Below, in pieces: positions 21,696-32,007 of a DNA stretch of 45,097 bases. The stretch's first letter is position 1. The number at the start of each line of letters is the position of its first letter. This DNA comes from Oceanospirillaceae bacterium (GTDB lineage: Bacteria > Pseudomonadota > Gammaproteobacteria > Pseudomonadales > Balneatricaceae). The DNA is taken from assembly GCA_047625285.1 (NCBI GenBank), contig JBLHQO010000001.1:1-45097 (forward strand), read 5' to 3'. Below the pieces are notes generated by a model. The model was not told the DNA's origin and ran no database searches. It saw only the letters and a list, made by a program, of their open reading frames with translations. A program made the position numbers and the translations under genes.

Positions 21696-22298
21696 TTAAT
21701 GTAGCTGCGGAACGTCTTCTTGCATGGTGTCGGTCGGCAAATTAAATTCTGCAAACACCATCATGGCAGCCAACCGCACATACTCTACCAGCTCTATGTA
21801 ACTTGCTTCCGCGTTGTACCCTTCTTGCTCTTCATCTTCTGTGTCATCTGTATCAAACGACACTTGAGCAATGCTGGCAATATCTTCCATGGCGTCCGTA
21901 ATTTCATTTGAAAGTTTTTGTTTGTTACTATCAAAACCCAAGCCAAACCCACTTAAAAAGCCACTACACCATGCACCTAGAGATTCGGTTCTACCGGTTA
22001 GCTCTGCATCATCTTCTGGCAGTAATAGCTGGAAGCCAAAATCGGCCGCCGTGAATTGTTCTAACACAAGGTCGTAAAGTGCCACCAATTCGGCTTTGTC
22101 ATCATCTTCTAATTCTTGTACATCTAAATGAGCCACAACCATGGCTAACCAAGCCTCAGCGTCAGCTCGAACACCGGCCGCCAACTGCCCTGCCAACAGG
22201 CCATGTAATTCTGAGGGAGTGCCAAAGGCACCCAGTTCAACGAACATGTCGGCAAAGTCGTCAAATATGTAGTTTAATTTTGGTAACGCATCAGTCAT
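21696..22298 (-). CDS. ygfB: UPF0149 family protein
   Basis: SELHGLLAG, LLLPEDD...R...L..WC.GFL.GFG and ELVEYVR; first gene of the ygfB-pepP-ubiH operon. Confidence 0.9.
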   Translation of the reverse strand: MTDALPKLNYIFDDFADMFVELGAFGTPSELHGLLAGQLAAGVRADAEAWLAMVVAHLDVQELEDDDKAELVALYDLVLEQFTAADFGFQLLLPEDDAELTGRTESLGAWCSGFLSGFGLGFDSNKQKLSNEITDAMEDIASIAQVSFDTDDTEDEEQEGYNAEASYIELVEYVRLAAMMVFAEFNLPTDTMQEDVPQLH

Positions 22299-22397
22299 TG
22301 GTTTGGCTCTGGTTGGCTATGGTCGGCACTAGCAGCAAATTATGGGTTCATTATACCTGAGCTGTAGGCATTCTCTAGAGCTTTTACAAGGTGTCAC

Positions 22398-22438
22398 TAG
22401 ACAGTAGCGTAATTTACTATAAAATCTACCGGTAGATT
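22398..22438 (+). promoter_or_regulatory. Candidate sigma70 promoter of the zap operon overlapped by a 16-bp palindrome
   Basis: TAGACA (22398-22403), 16-nt spacer, TAAAAT (22420-22425); perfect palindrome AATCTACCGGTAGATT at 22423-22438. Confidence 0.45.
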
Positions 22439-22458
22439 ATCTTTTAAGTGGCCCAACA

Positions 22459-22716
22459 ATGTCGACCATCAACGCCTTGGTACATCACATCGACCAGCTG
22501 TTAACCCAACACCGCGCTTTACAGCACAGTCATACTCAGCTTCAAAGCCAAGTAGTGCAATTGGAACAACTACTTTTACAACAGCAGCAGACTGCCGACA
22601 CCCTAGCACAAGACAAACATGTGGAGTCCGAACGGGCTCACAATCAAACCATAGAAGATGAATTAAATCATTTGATCGGTTTATTTGACCAAGCAACGGA
22701 AGCACACCATGACTGA
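22459..22716 (+). CDS. Small coiled-coil protein upstream of zapA (ZapB/TIGR02449-like)
   Basis: 85 aa, Q/L-rich heptads, 8-bp overlap with the zapA start; position conserved in gammaproteobacteria. Confidence 0.6.
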   Translation: MSTINALVHHIDQLLTQHRALQHSHTQLQSQVVQLEQLLLQQQQTADTLAQDKHVESERAHNQTIEDELNHLIGLFDQATEAHHD

Positions 22717-22987
22717 AACCCAAGCAGTACAAGTTTCCATTTTAGGACAAAGCTACACCCTAACCTGCCCCACCGGCAAAGAAGCCAACCTGCGACAAGC
22801 TGCAGACACCTTAGACCAAAAACTACAGGCCATTAAAGCCAGCGGACGTGTCATGGGATTGGAACGTATGGCCGTTATGGCTGCCCTCAATATGAGTGCC
22901 GAATTAATAGAGAGCCAAGCGCAACTAACAACCCTAGAAACCGCACTTGAGCAACTGGATAAACGAGTGCGCGACAACTTAATCTGA
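22709..22987 (+). CDS. zapA: Cell division protein ZapA
   Basis: V.ILG..Y.L.CP...E..L..AA..LD and ER.AVMAALN; start ATG 22709. Confidence 0.92.
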   Translation: MTETQAVQVSILGQSYTLTCPTGKEANLRQAADTLDQKLQAIKASGRVMGLERMAVMAALNMSAELIESQAQLTTLETALEQLDKRVRDNLI

Positions 22988-23007
22988 CCTTTGTTGCAAA
23001 ATTTGGG

Positions 23008-23036
23008 TTCCATTCTTAAAAACACCGGTCTATACT
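23008..23036 (+). promoter_or_regulatory. Likely promoter of 6S RNA
   Basis: -10 TATACT at 23031-23036, 17-nt spacer, weak -35 TTCCAT; predicted +1 near 23043. Confidence 0.5.
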
Positions 23037-23042
23037 GGCTAC

Positions 23043-23221
23043 AGACTCCCTGTGGTGCTCGACATTCGATAACGTCCTTGAGCCGATTCATATACCCAGG
23101 ACGCTTCTCGCTTAAGCTTTGTGCATGTCCGCTTGTCGGAACGCCTTCCGCCTAATCAGGAGCGCCCACCTTGAACCTCCGGGTTCAGGGCTGCCATCGG
23201 AAACGACACCTTGGGGGGTCT
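23043..23221 (+). ncRNA. ssrS: 6S RNA
   Basis: About 179 nt after zapA; terminal stem AGACTCCC/GGGGGTCT; conserved 6S segments CCTTGAGCCGAT, GTGCATGTCCGC and CCTTGAACC...GGTTCAGGGCT. Confidence 0.9.
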
Positions 23222-23267
23222 TTTAATTAACTTTTTTCTTTTGGAGTTGCCAGCCAACTCTAAACAC

Positions 23268-23282
23268 GTAAAAGTCTGTAAA
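23268..23282 (+). promoter_or_regulatory. CpxR box
   Basis: Exact GTAAA-N5-GTAAA direct repeat about 90 bp upstream of the response regulator start. Confidence 0.7.
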
Positions 23283-23373
23283 ATCCTCAACCTGTCTCTA
23301 TACACACCCTGTAATTGTGGCACAATCGCACCTATACGCTTATAAGGCCTACCGATACAGAGGTTTCGAACTC

Positions 23374-24078
23374 ATGACTACGCGCATCTTATTAATTGAA
23401 GACGACCAAGAACTCAATGAATTGTTGAGCGAATTTTTGGCCTTAGAAAACTTTGAAGTAGACCAAGCCTTTGATGGCGAACAAGGCATCAACATGGCCT
23501 TAAATGGTCATTACGACGCTTTAGTGCTTGATATAATGATGCCTAAAATGAACGGCTTAGACCTACTCAAACAATTTCGCATCAGTCATAAAACCCCTGT
23601 GCTCATGCTCACTGCCCGTAGCGATGAAGTAGATCGTATTGTAGGTTTTGAAATGGGGGCAGACGATTATTTGCCAAAACCATGTAATCCCCGAGAAATT
23701 GTTGCCCGTATTCGCGCCATACTTAGGCGTGTAGAAATGGACAAAGCAGGCATGCAAGCTAGCGGCAATCGACAGATTATGGTGCTAGAAGACGTAGAGT
23801 TAAACCATAATACGCGTATCGTATCGAAGCAAGGAGAGGCTCTAGACCTCACCAGCACAGAATTTAACCTGTTAGCCAGCTTACTAGCAAAGGCTGGGCA
23901 AGTACTAAGCAAAGAGGAGCTCACAGAAACCGCATTGGGACGCAAGCTGGCTTTGTATGATCGCAGTGTTGACATGCACATGAGTAACCTTCGACGTAAG
24001 TTGGGCCCATTTTTAAGTAATGAACCACGCATAAAAACCATACGTGGTGTTGGTTATCAATATGTTATCAATGATTAA
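23374..24078 (+). CDS. cpxR: OmpR-family response regulator, CpxR-like
   Basis: Receiver ILLIEDD, LDIMMP, MLTAR, GADDYLPKP; wHTH DRSVDMHMSNLRRKL, IKTIRGVGY; start ATG 23374. Confidence 0.8.
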   Translation: MTTRILLIEDDQELNELLSEFLALENFEVDQAFDGEQGINMALNGHYDALVLDIMMPKMNGLDLLKQFRISHKTPVLMLTARSDEVDRIVGFEMGADDYLPKPCNPREIVARIRAILRRVEMDKAGMQASGNRQIMVLEDVELNHNTRIVSKQGEALDLTSTEFNLLASLLAKAGQVLSKEELTETALGRKLALYDRSVDMHMSNLRRKLGPFLSNEPRIKTIRGVGYQYVIND

Positions 24079-25429
24079 GCGACCGTTAATATTTCGTAGT
24101 TTATATTGGAAAATATTTTTCTTTTTTTGGCTAACGCTCATTGCCGCCATTTTCTCTGTCGCCACTTTGTCGGAAATTATTGTTGAAGAACGCGATCAAA
24201 ACCAGTATCAACGTGTGGTTAAATTAGGCATAAAAGCTGCTGACATCTACGAAACCCAAGGTTCTGCTGAGCTAACCTCATGGCTACGCCACATCGACCA
24301 AGAGTTTGATGTAAAAGGCTTTATGCTAGATTCTAAGCGGCGCCCAATTAGCCGAGCCAACCTACCCAGAAACTGGCTTGAGTTTACGTTACCACTCACG
24401 CAAAACAGATTATCGCAACGCCACTTACGAGGTTTTCAACCTTACCGTATATCCAGTAGTAACGGCCATATTTACACCTTCGTGGCCCACCGTGACAACC
24501 GAGGTCCTTATCCTGCCTGGTTAAAACATTTACCAGCACTGCAAGTTATTACAGCCTTATTCATTGTGGCATTACTGACTGCGTTTGTAACTTGGCGCAT
24601 CACGGATCCGTTACGTAAGCTAAAACAAGCCACCGATTCATTCGCTCGTGGCAACTTAGATACACGCCTGTCCAAACTTGTAGGCTGTAGAAGCGACGAA
24701 ATAGGTGAAGTAGGCCTAGCCTTTAACCACATGGCAGAACGTATTAGTTTACTGGTCAGTAATCAGCAACGCCTGTTTCGAGACATCTCCCATGAGTTAA
24801 GAACCCCCTTAGCCAGACAACAGATTGCGCTGGAGTTACTCGCACGAAAATTGCCTGACACAGAACACCAGTCTTTACACCGAATTGAACGCGAAATAGA
24901 GCGCATGAACGCGCTCATTGATCAGGTGCTTACCTTATTACGCTTAGAACAAAATGGTCACAGCCTTACCATCGAGACCTATGATTTGAGCCATCTGTTA
25001 TATAAACTCACTCAAGATGCCCAATTTGAAGCGCAATCTAAAGACCAGATACACCTGCGACAGCCCGACAACAATCTACTGACTGGACAACCAGAACTAG
25101 TATCCCGAGCAGTAGAAAATATACTGCGTAACGCCATGCGCTACACACCAGACGATGGCGGAGTTTTTTTAAACGTGGAAAACCATAAAGACACCATCGT
25201 GATTCGGATTGAGGACGAAGGAGAAGGCGTGCCAGAGGACTCGCTCACACACTTATTTGAGCCCTTTTACCGGGTCGAAGCCAGCCGTAACCAGCAAAGT
25301 GGTGGCTACGGTGTTGGCATGGCTATCGCAGAGCAAGCTATACGGGCTCAAGGCGGCACCATTGAAGCCAGCAACCGCTCTTCCGGCGGACTTAGAGTTG
25401 ACATTACCTTGCCAAAAAAATCCACTTAA
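24071..25429 (+). CDS. cpxA: HAMP-containing sensor histidine kinase, CpxA-like
   Basis: SLYWKIF..FWLT, two TM segments, HAMP, H-box DISHELRTPL, N-box ENILRNA.RY, G-boxes DEGEG and GGYGVG; start 24071 or 24062. Confidence 0.78.
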   Translation: MIKRPLIFRSLYWKIFFFFWLTLIAAIFSVATLSEIIVEERDQNQYQRVVKLGIKAADIYETQGSAELTSWLRHIDQEFDVKGFMLDSKRRPISRANLPRNWLEFTLPLTQNRLSQRHLRGFQPYRISSSNGHIYTFVAHRDNRGPYPAWLKHLPALQVITALFIVALLTAFVTWRITDPLRKLKQATDSFARGNLDTRLSKLVGCRSDEIGEVGLAFNHMAERISLLVSNQQRLFRDISHELRTPLARQQIALELLARKLPDTEHQSLHRIEREIERMNALIDQVLTLLRLEQNGHSLTIETYDLSHLLYKLTQDAQFEAQSKDQIHLRQPDNNLLTGQPELVSRAVENILRNAMRYTPDDGGVFLNVENHKDTIVIRIEDEGEGVPEDSLTHLFEPFYRVEASRNQQSGGYGVGMAIAEQAIRAQGGTIEASNRSSGGLRVDITLPKKST

Positions 25430-25502
25430 AACCATACATCCATTACTGACTTAACAACTCTGTAATGGGTGCGCGCATTAGAAAAGGCCCCTTACAGGCC
25501 GA

Positions 25503-27026
25503 TTAACGTGACTCTGGCGCTAAAAACAATTGATAGGCTAAGTTGTCTGTTTCTTCACTAAACGCATAACCCAGCTCGTCTAAATACCCTTCCAGCTTCG
25601 CTTTGTCTTCCGGTGGCACTTGCATCGCCACCAGCACTCGGCCGTGGGCAGACCCATGATTGCGATAGTGAAACATTGAAATATTCCATGGCTGGCCTAG
25701 TTTATTCAAAAACTTAAGCAAGGCCCCTGGTCGTTCTGGAAAAGTGAAACGATAAACCACTTCGTTGTCTACCCGAGCGTGGCCACCTACCATGTAACGA
25801 ATATGGATTTTAGCCATCTCGTTGTCACTTAAATCCACTGCGGATATATCGCACTTAGAGAGCTCTTCGAGCAATAGCTCACGCCCCCCGCCATCGGCCT
25901 TAAGAGTAACACCAACAAACACTTGCGCTTGATGCTCATTGGCATAACGGTAGTTAAATTCAGTAATATTACGCTCACCCAAGGCTGTGCAAAAACGTTT
26001 AAAACTGCCTGGCTGTTCTGGTATCTGGGCTGCAATGATTGCCTCGCGACCTTCTCCAATTTCAGCTCGCTCAGCGACATGACGTAGGCGGTCAAAATTA
26101 ACATTGGAGCCACTAGCCACCGCAACAAGTGTTTGGTCTTTAGCCTGCTCACGTTCTACGTACTTCTTTAATCCTGCTACGGCACAAGCGCCTGAAGGCT
26201 CGGTGATCGCACGTGTGTCGTCGTAAATATCTTTAATCGCAGCACACAGCTCATCTGTTGTTACAGTAATCACTTCATCAACATACTGTTGGGCCAATTC
26301 AAAGTTTAGTTTACCTACTTGGGCAACAGCGACGCCCTCAGCAAAGGTACCTACTTCTGACAAGATGACCCGCTCACCCGCATCTAACGCTGCCTTAAGG
26401 CAACAAGAGTCTTCTGGCTCCACACCTATGATTTTGATATCCGGACGCAAATACTTAATGTAAACCGCAATGCCCGCAATTAACCCACCGCCACCCACGG
26501 GCACAAATATCACATCAATATTGCCTTGGATCTGCCGCAATAGCTCAACAGCTACCGTACCTTGGCCGGCAATCACGTGTTCATCATCAAAAGGATGTAT
26601 GTACACTAAGCCTTGTTCGGCCACCAAGGTTCGCGAATAGGTAAAAGCCTGGGCGAGTGAATCACCGTGTAAGATCACCGTTGCGCCTAACGCTCTTGCA
26701 GAATTTACCTTAATTTCAGGTGTGGTTTTAGGCATAACTATAGTGGCATTAATGCCCAAATGCTTAGCAGACATTGCCACCCCTTGAGCATGGTTACCAG
26801 CAGACGCAGCCACCACACCACAGGCTCGCTGTGTATCAGTTAATTGCGAAATACAGTTATAAGCACCACGGATTTTGAAAGAAAATATGGGTTGTAAATC
26901 CTCTCTCTTTATCAAAATCTTATTTTCCAGTCGTTTAGACAGGCTACGAGCCAATTCGACGGGAGTTTCTACGGCCACGTCGTAAACCTTGGCGGATAGA
27001 ATTTTCTTGATATAACGATCAGGCAT
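25503..27026 (-). CDS. ilvA: Threonine ammonia-lyase, biosynthetic
   Basis: KREDLQP.FSFKIRGAYN, ASAGNHAQG, GGGGL and C-terminal regulatory repeats FPERPGAL; start ATG 27026. Confidence 0.97.
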   Translation of the reverse strand: MPDRYIKKILSAKVYDVAVETPVELARSLSKRLENKILIKREDLQPIFSFKIRGAYNCISQLTDTQRACGVVAASAGNHAQGVAMSAKHLGINATIVMPKTTPEIKVNSARALGATVILHGDSLAQAFTYSRTLVAEQGLVYIHPFDDEHVIAGQGTVAVELLRQIQGNIDVIFVPVGGGGLIAGIAVYIKYLRPDIKIIGVEPEDSCCLKAALDAGERVILSEVGTFAEGVAVAQVGKLNFELAQQYVDEVITVTTDELCAAIKDIYDDTRAITEPSGACAVAGLKKYVEREQAKDQTLVAVASGSNVNFDRLRHVAERAEIGEGREAIIAAQIPEQPGSFKRFCTALGERNITEFNYRYANEHQAQVFVGVTLKADGGGRELLLEELSKCDISAVDLSDNEMAKIHIRYMVGGHARVDNEVVYRFTFPERPGALLKFLNKLGQPWNISMFHYRNHGSAHGRVLVAMQVPPEDKAKLEGYLDELGYAFSEETDNLAYQLFLAPESR

Positions 27027-27175
27027 AGTATTTCTTCTAGTGGGGTAATATTGTACAGAGCACATAGTGCATCAAACTCAGCCAATCATATTAATGGCTG
27101 AAGCGACTAGCGTCTACATAGTAGGGTGGGAATTCCTGTATAATCACGTTATTAGTGTCCAACTCGATTATTGCT

Positions 27176-27847
27176 ATGAACCAAGACCAGTTAAAGCAGG
27201 CTGTAGCCCAAGCCGCAGTAGACCATATTGCCCCATACCTTGACCGCGAATCTATTGTTGGCGTAGGCACAGGTTCTACAGCTAACTGTTTTATTGATGC
27301 TTTGGCTCGCATCAAACACACCTTTTACGCCGCAGTAGCAAGCTCCGAAGCCACCGCAGAACGCCTAAGAAGCCACGGCATTAACGTATTAGAACTTAAT
27401 GCTGTACCCCATATGCGCTTTTATGTAGATGGTGCAGACGAAAGCGACGCTCACCTTAATCTTATTAAAGGTGGTGGCGGCGCCTTAACTCGGGAGAAAA
27501 TCGTTGCCGCAGTGGCCGAAACCTTCGTATGTATTGCCGACGAGTCTAAACTAGTAGACGTATTAGGTGAATTCCCCCTACCCGTAGAAGTAATCCCTAT
27601 GGCCCGCAGTTATGTGGCTCGCAAGCTAGTTGGCCTTGGTGGTGAACCCGTATGGCGCCAAGGCTTTGTGACCGACAATGGCAACTTGATCTTAGACGTT
27701 TATGGCATGGACATTGTGGACCCGAAGGGCCTAGAACAACAGATCAATCAGCTTACTGGCGTGGTAACAAACGGCCTGTTTGCCCAGCGCCCAGCAGACA
27801 TGTTATTGCTTGGCACTGCGCAAGGCGTTAAAACCCTCAGCAACTAA
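27176..27847 (+). CDS. rpiA: Ribose-5-phosphate isomerase A
   Basis: [23 protein letters not shown] and TDNGN; start ATG 27176. Confidence 0.97.
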   Translation: MNQDQLKQAVAQAAVDHIAPYLDRESIVGVGTGSTANCFIDALARIKHTFYAAVASSEATAERLRSHGINVLELNAVPHMRFYVDGADESDAHLNLIKGGGGALTREKIVAAVAETFVCIADESKLVDVLGEFPLPVEVIPMARSYVARKLVGLGGEPVWRQGFVTDNGNLILDVYGMDIVDPKGLEQQINQLTGVVTNGLFAQRPADMLLLGTAQGVKTLSN

Positions 27848-29082
27848 AACAATACTCGGCAGCTTATTGTACCGCTCACTTGTTTTAGTTTTTCCAAAGC
27901 CAGTTCTGAACAGCTGGCATCTACCTCAATGACCACGTAACCCACCTTGGCGTTGGTATTCAAATACTGGCCCGAAATGTTAATACTGTTTTCAGAAAAA
28001 ACATTATTGATCTGCGACATTACGCCCGGCACGTTTTCGTGAATGTGTAATAAACGATGTGCGTTTTCATGACCAGGCAACGACACTTCCGGAAAATTGA
28101 CTGCCGAAAGACTAGTGCCGTTGTCACAGTAACGAATGAGTTTATCTGCCACTTCTATACCAATATTCACTTGAGCTTCAACAGTAGAACCACCAATATG
28201 TGGCGTTAAGATGACATTATCCAAGCCCCTTAGTGGGGAAATAAATTCATCGCTATTAGAGCGTGGTTCAACCGGGAATACATCAATAGCAGCCCCTAAT
28301 AACTTGCCACTTTTCAGGCAGTTAGCAAGCGCCTCTATGTCTACCACGGTGCCACGGGAGGCATTAATAAGGATCGCCCCATCTTTCATTTGAGCAAACT
28401 GTGCGACGCCCATTAGGCAATACGTGGATGGCGTTTCTGGCACATGCAAGGTAACGATATCGGCCTGCACAAGCAGTTCAGTTAAGCTGCCACAAGCTGA
28501 AGCGTTGCCTAAACTTAACTTGGTAATTTGATCGTAATAAATCACTTCCATACCCATGGCTTCCGCCATAATACCTAACTGTGACCCAATAGACCCATAC
28601 CCTACTACACCTAGCTTTTTACCCCGCACCTCAAATGATTGATGTGCCGATTTAAGCCATTGCCCTTGATGCGCCTTAGCATTTTTTTCTGGAATGCCTC
28701 TTAGTAGCAACACAGCTTCTGCGATGACCAGTTCCGCTACGCTGCGGGTATTACTATAAGGCGCATTAAATACCGGAACACCCATTTCTAGAGCTGCATC
28801 TAAATCTACTTGGTTAGTACCAATACAAAAACAGCCTATAGCCATTAGTTTGTTCGCTTGCTCTAGCACCTCTCGTGTTAACTGAGTACGTGAACGGATG
28901 CCTACAAAGTGGGCATCCGTTAACACGCCTACCAATTCACTTGCTGGTAAGGCTGTGGTGTAGAAATGAATATTATCAAAGCCTTCAGCTTGTAAAGCCT
29001 CAACGGCCGATTGATGAACACCTTCTAACAAAACGATCTTAATATTGTGCTTTTGGAGAGAACTTTGCTGCGTTTGAATCAA
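27844..29082 (-). CDS. serA: D-3-phosphoglycerate dehydrogenase
   Basis: [40 protein letters not shown] and C-terminal ACT domain. Confidence 0.97.
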   Translation of the reverse strand: MIQTQQSSLQKHNIKIVLLEGVHQSAVEALQAEGFDNIHFYTTALPASELVGVLTDAHFVGIRSRTQLTREVLEQANKLMAIGCFCIGTNQVDLDAALEMGVPVFNAPYSNTRSVAELVIAEAVLLLRGIPEKNAKAHQGQWLKSAHQSFEVRGKKLGVVGYGSIGSQLGIMAEAMGMEVIYYDQITKLSLGNASACGSLTELLVQADIVTLHVPETPSTYCLMGVAQFAQMKDGAILINASRGTVVDIEALANCLKSGKLLGAAIDVFPVEPRSNSDEFISPLRGLDNVILTPHIGGSTVEAQVNIGIEVADKLIRYCDNGTSLSAVNFPEVSLPGHENAHRLLHIHENVPGVMSQINNVFSENSINISGQYLNTNAKVGYVVIEVDASCSELALEKLKQVSGTISCRVLF

Positions 29083-29179
29083 GGGGAGCCTTTTGAGTGC
29101 AATCTAGCATTAATCTAAAGGCGACCATTGTATTACCAAAAGCGACACATTAATAGTCTCTTCCTCAGACTGTAGGCAT

Positions 29180-29215
29180 AAAAAAACCCCTAGCCATTTC
29201 TGCCTAGAGGTTTTT
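29180..29215 (-). terminator. Intrinsic terminator of pnp (possibly bidirectional)
   Basis: Minus strand AAAAACCTCTAG-loop-CTAGGGG followed by a T7 tract. Confidence 0.8.
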
Positions 29216-29258
29216 ATTTTCAAGAGAGTTTGGTAAACCCAGACTCGCTTGAAAAAAG

Positions 29259-31349
29259 TTAAGCTTCCATGTCTTTCATGGAAAGCTTAATACGGCCACG
29301 TGCATCAACATCTAACACTTTAACCTTTACGGTTTGGCCTTCTTCTAAGTAGTCCGTTACTTTCTCAACACGCTCGCTAGAGATTTGAGAAATGTGCAAC
29401 AAACCATCTTTGCCAGGCAAAATGTTAATGAAGGCACCAAAGTCTACAATACGCTCCACTTTACCTTCGTAGATAGCGCCTACTTCTGCTTCTGCAGTGA
29501 TTTCTAGAATCTTAGCTTCCGCCAATTCAGCAGCGGCTTTGTCGTCTGCGTATACGCGCACAGTACCGTCATCTTCAATGTCGATTGATGCGCCAGTTTC
29601 TTCACACAAACCACGAATGGTCGCGCCGCCTTTACCAATCACGTCACGGATCTTATCTTGATCGATCTTGATGGTTTTCATCGTCGGCGCATTATCGTTC
29701 AACTCAGTACGAGGTGTAGCGATAACCTTGTTCATTTCGTCCAAGATATGTAGACGCGCTTCGTGCGCCTGCTCTAGAGCAATTTCCATAATCTCTTCGG
29801 TAATGCCTTGGATTTTAATGTCCATTTGTAAGGCAGTAATACCTGCAGCAGATCCGGCTACCTTAAAGTCCATATCACCTAAGTGATCTTCATCACCTAA
29901 AATGTCAGTCAATACCGCAAAGCCAGACTCTTCTTTAATTAGACCCATAGCGATACCAGCAACAGGTGCCTTAATCGGTACACCAGCATCCATAAGGGCC
30001 AACGAAGCACCACAAACAGATGCCATAGAGCTTGAACCGTTAGATTCAGTTATTTCCGAAACAATACGAACGGTGTATGGAAACTCTTCTTGGCTTGGCA
30101 ACATGGCTTGGATACCACGGCGAGCCAAACGACCATGACCAATCTCACGACGGCCTGGGCCCATAAAACGGCCTGTTTCGCCTACCGAGTAGCTTGGGAA
30201 GTTGTAGTGCAACATGAACGGATCTTTACGTGAGCCTTCTAGGGCATCGATGATCTGCTGATCACGGCTAGTACCAAGAGTTGCTACCACGATAGACTGA
30301 GTTTCACCACGAGTGAACAAAGAAGAACCGTGAGCCTTAGCCAAGGTACCAATTTCCACATTGATACCACGTACAGTCTTAGTATCACGACCATCGATAC
30401 GCGGCTCACCAGCTACTACACGTGAACGTACAGTGTGCTTTTCTAGCTTGCTCACCATGCCTAATACGTCAGACTTAGAAGGTGCAGCGGCATCATCACT
30501 ACATAGCGCAGCAATAGCTTGAGCCTTAACTTCGCCTAAACGTGCTTGACGGTCTAACTTATCGCTGATTTGGTAAGCTTCGCCAACGGCGTCGCCGACA
30601 GCAGCGGTAACTGCCGCTTTAAGGTCTGCATCTTCTTCCGCAGCAGCCCAATCCCAAGTTGGCTTGGCCGCTTCTGAAGCAAATTCGCCGATCGCCTTAA
30701 CGACGGCTTGCATTTCGTCATGGGCAAAAAGAACAGCACCCAACATAACGTCTTCGCTTAGTTCTTTTGCTTCTGATTCAACCATCAATACAGCGTCAGC
30801 AGTGCCAGCAACAACCATGTCTAGGTCAGACGTAGCTAGCGCTTCAAAGCTTGGGTTCAAGCGGTAGCCAGTCTCGTCTGTGTAAGACACGCGGGCTGCG
30901 CCAACTGGGCCAGCAAAAGGAATACCGGAGATGGCTAGAGCAGCAGAAGTACCGATCAAAGCAGCAATATCTGGATCGTTGAGCTTATCAGCAGAAACAA
31001 CAGTACAAATAACCTGCACTTCGTTCATGAATCCTTTAGGGAACAATGGACGAATTGGACGGTCGATCAAACGGCTAGTCAACGTCTCTTTTTCAGATGG
31101 ACGCGCTTCACGCTTAAAGAAACCACCAGGTATCTTACCTACAGAGTAGGTCTTTTCTTGGTAATGTACAGAAAGCGGAAAGAAACCTTGATCAGGCTTG
31201 GCTGTTTTAGCACCCACAACAGCAACCAATACTTGGATTGCGTCGTCGATAGTAACTAATACAGCACCAGAAGCTTGACGTGCAATACGACCAGTTTCTA
31301 GCGTTACGGTTTGTTCGCCGTATTTAAATGTTTTGGTAATGATAGACAT
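29259..31349 (-). CDS. pnp: Polyribonucleotide nucleotidyltransferase
   Basis: [38 protein letters not shown] (VIGKGG) and S1 domains; start ATG 31349. Confidence 0.98.
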   Translation of the reverse strand: MSIITKTFKYGEQTVTLETGRIARQASGAVLVTIDDAIQVLVAVVGAKTAKPDQGFFPLSVHYQEKTYSVGKIPGGFFKREARPSEKETLTSRLIDRPIRPLFPKGFMNEVQVICTVVSADKLNDPDIAALIGTSAALAISGIPFAGPVGAARVSYTDETGYRLNPSFEALATSDLDMVVAGTADAVLMVESEAKELSEDVMLGAVLFAHDEMQAVVKAIGEFASEAAKPTWDWAAAEEDADLKAAVTAAVGDAVGEAYQISDKLDRQARLGEVKAQAIAALCSDDAAAPSKSDVLGMVSKLEKHTVRSRVVAGEPRIDGRDTKTVRGINVEIGTLAKAHGSSLFTRGETQSIVVATLGTSRDQQIIDALEGSRKDPFMLHYNFPSYSVGETGRFMGPGRREIGHGRLARRGIQAMLPSQEEFPYTVRIVSEITESNGSSSMASVCGASLALMDAGVPIKAPVAGIAMGLIKEESGFAVLTDILGDEDHLGDMDFKVAGSAAGITALQMDIKIQGITEEIMEIALEQAHEARLHILDEMNKVIATPRTELNDNAPTMKTIKIDQDKIRDVIGKGGATIRGLCEETGASIDIEDDGTVRVYADDKAAAELAEAKILEITAEAEVGAIYEGKVERIVDFGAFINILPGKDGLLHISQISSERVEKVTDYLEEGQTVKVKVLDVDARGRIKLSMKDMEA

Positions 31350-31406
31350 ATATTTTTCCTTAAAATGACAAGATAACTGCAATCAAACGAGCGATCTAAT
31401 CCACCA

Positions 31407-31468
31407 GTACACTTATTAACTCGGTTAAGCTGCTTACGCCACTTACGTCACCAAGCCAATAAGAGTAC
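31407..31468 (-). promoter_or_regulatory. Long stem-loop in pnp 5' leader (probable RNase III site)
   Basis: Minus strand GTACTCTTATTGGCTTGGT pairs with ACCGAGTTAATAAGTGTAC (19 bp with G-U pairs and one mismatch); same position as the E. coli pnp leader stem. Confidence 0.65.
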
Positions 31469-31497
31469 GGGCCGATCCTCTCCTATTGCTTACAGTC

Positions 31498-31541
31498 AAA
31501 ACAATAAAGGCCAAGTAACCATAGATTACCTAGCCTCTATT
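31498..31541 (-). terminator. rpsO terminator hairpin
   Basis: Minus strand AGGCTAGGTAATC-TAT-GGTTACTTGGCCT followed by TTATTGTTTT. Confidence 0.65.
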
Positions 31542-31631
31542 TAGTCGCAAGAGCACAGATTCTCACGACCGTTTAAATCAGATTTTAAACCTAGCGAATG
31601 CCTCTGAGGCAAGGCAGGTTTAAAACTGATT

Positions 31632-31901
31632 TTAGCGGCGTAGGCCTAGACGTCCGATCAATGTCACATAACGTGATGCATCTTTACGGTTTAGGTAGTC
31701 TAATAACTTACGACGCTGGTTAACCATACGGATCAAACCACGACGAGAGTGGTGATCATGGTTGTGCTCTTTAAAGTGACCTTGTAGTGCCAAGATGTTC
31801 GAAGTTAGCAATGCAACCTGAACTTCTGGTGAACCTGTGTCGCCTTGCGCAGTTTGGTAGTCAGCTACAATGGCAGCTTTTTCAACGGCAGATAAAGCCA
31901 T
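31632..31901 (-). CDS. rpsO: 30S ribosomal protein S15
   Basis: [13 protein letters not shown] and [19 protein letters not shown]. Confidence 0.98.
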   Translation of the reverse strand: MALSAVEKAAIVADYQTAQGDTGSPEVQVALLTSNILALQGHFKEHNHDHHSRRGLIRMVNQRRKLLDYLNRKDASRYVTLIGRLGLRR

Positions 31902-31960
31902 GGTAATTCTCCAATAATTAATATGCCCACTAGCCTCTTCATTGAGAAGGCTGGGGGTTC
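31902..31960 (-). promoter_or_regulatory. Putative S15 autoregulatory leader
   Basis: Hairpin CCCCCAGCCTTCTC-AAT-GAAGAGGCTAGTGGG just upstream of the GGAG SD of rpsO. Confidence 0.5.
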
Positions 31961-32007
31961 GTTTGTGTTCGCACCGTGCATATTTACAGCGGAACTTAAA
32001 TAAAGAC

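Noticed and set aside
22469-23091. Minus-strand ORFs of 87 and 112 aa
   Set aside because: Antisense shadows of the zapB-like gene, zapA and 6S RNA, with no motifs
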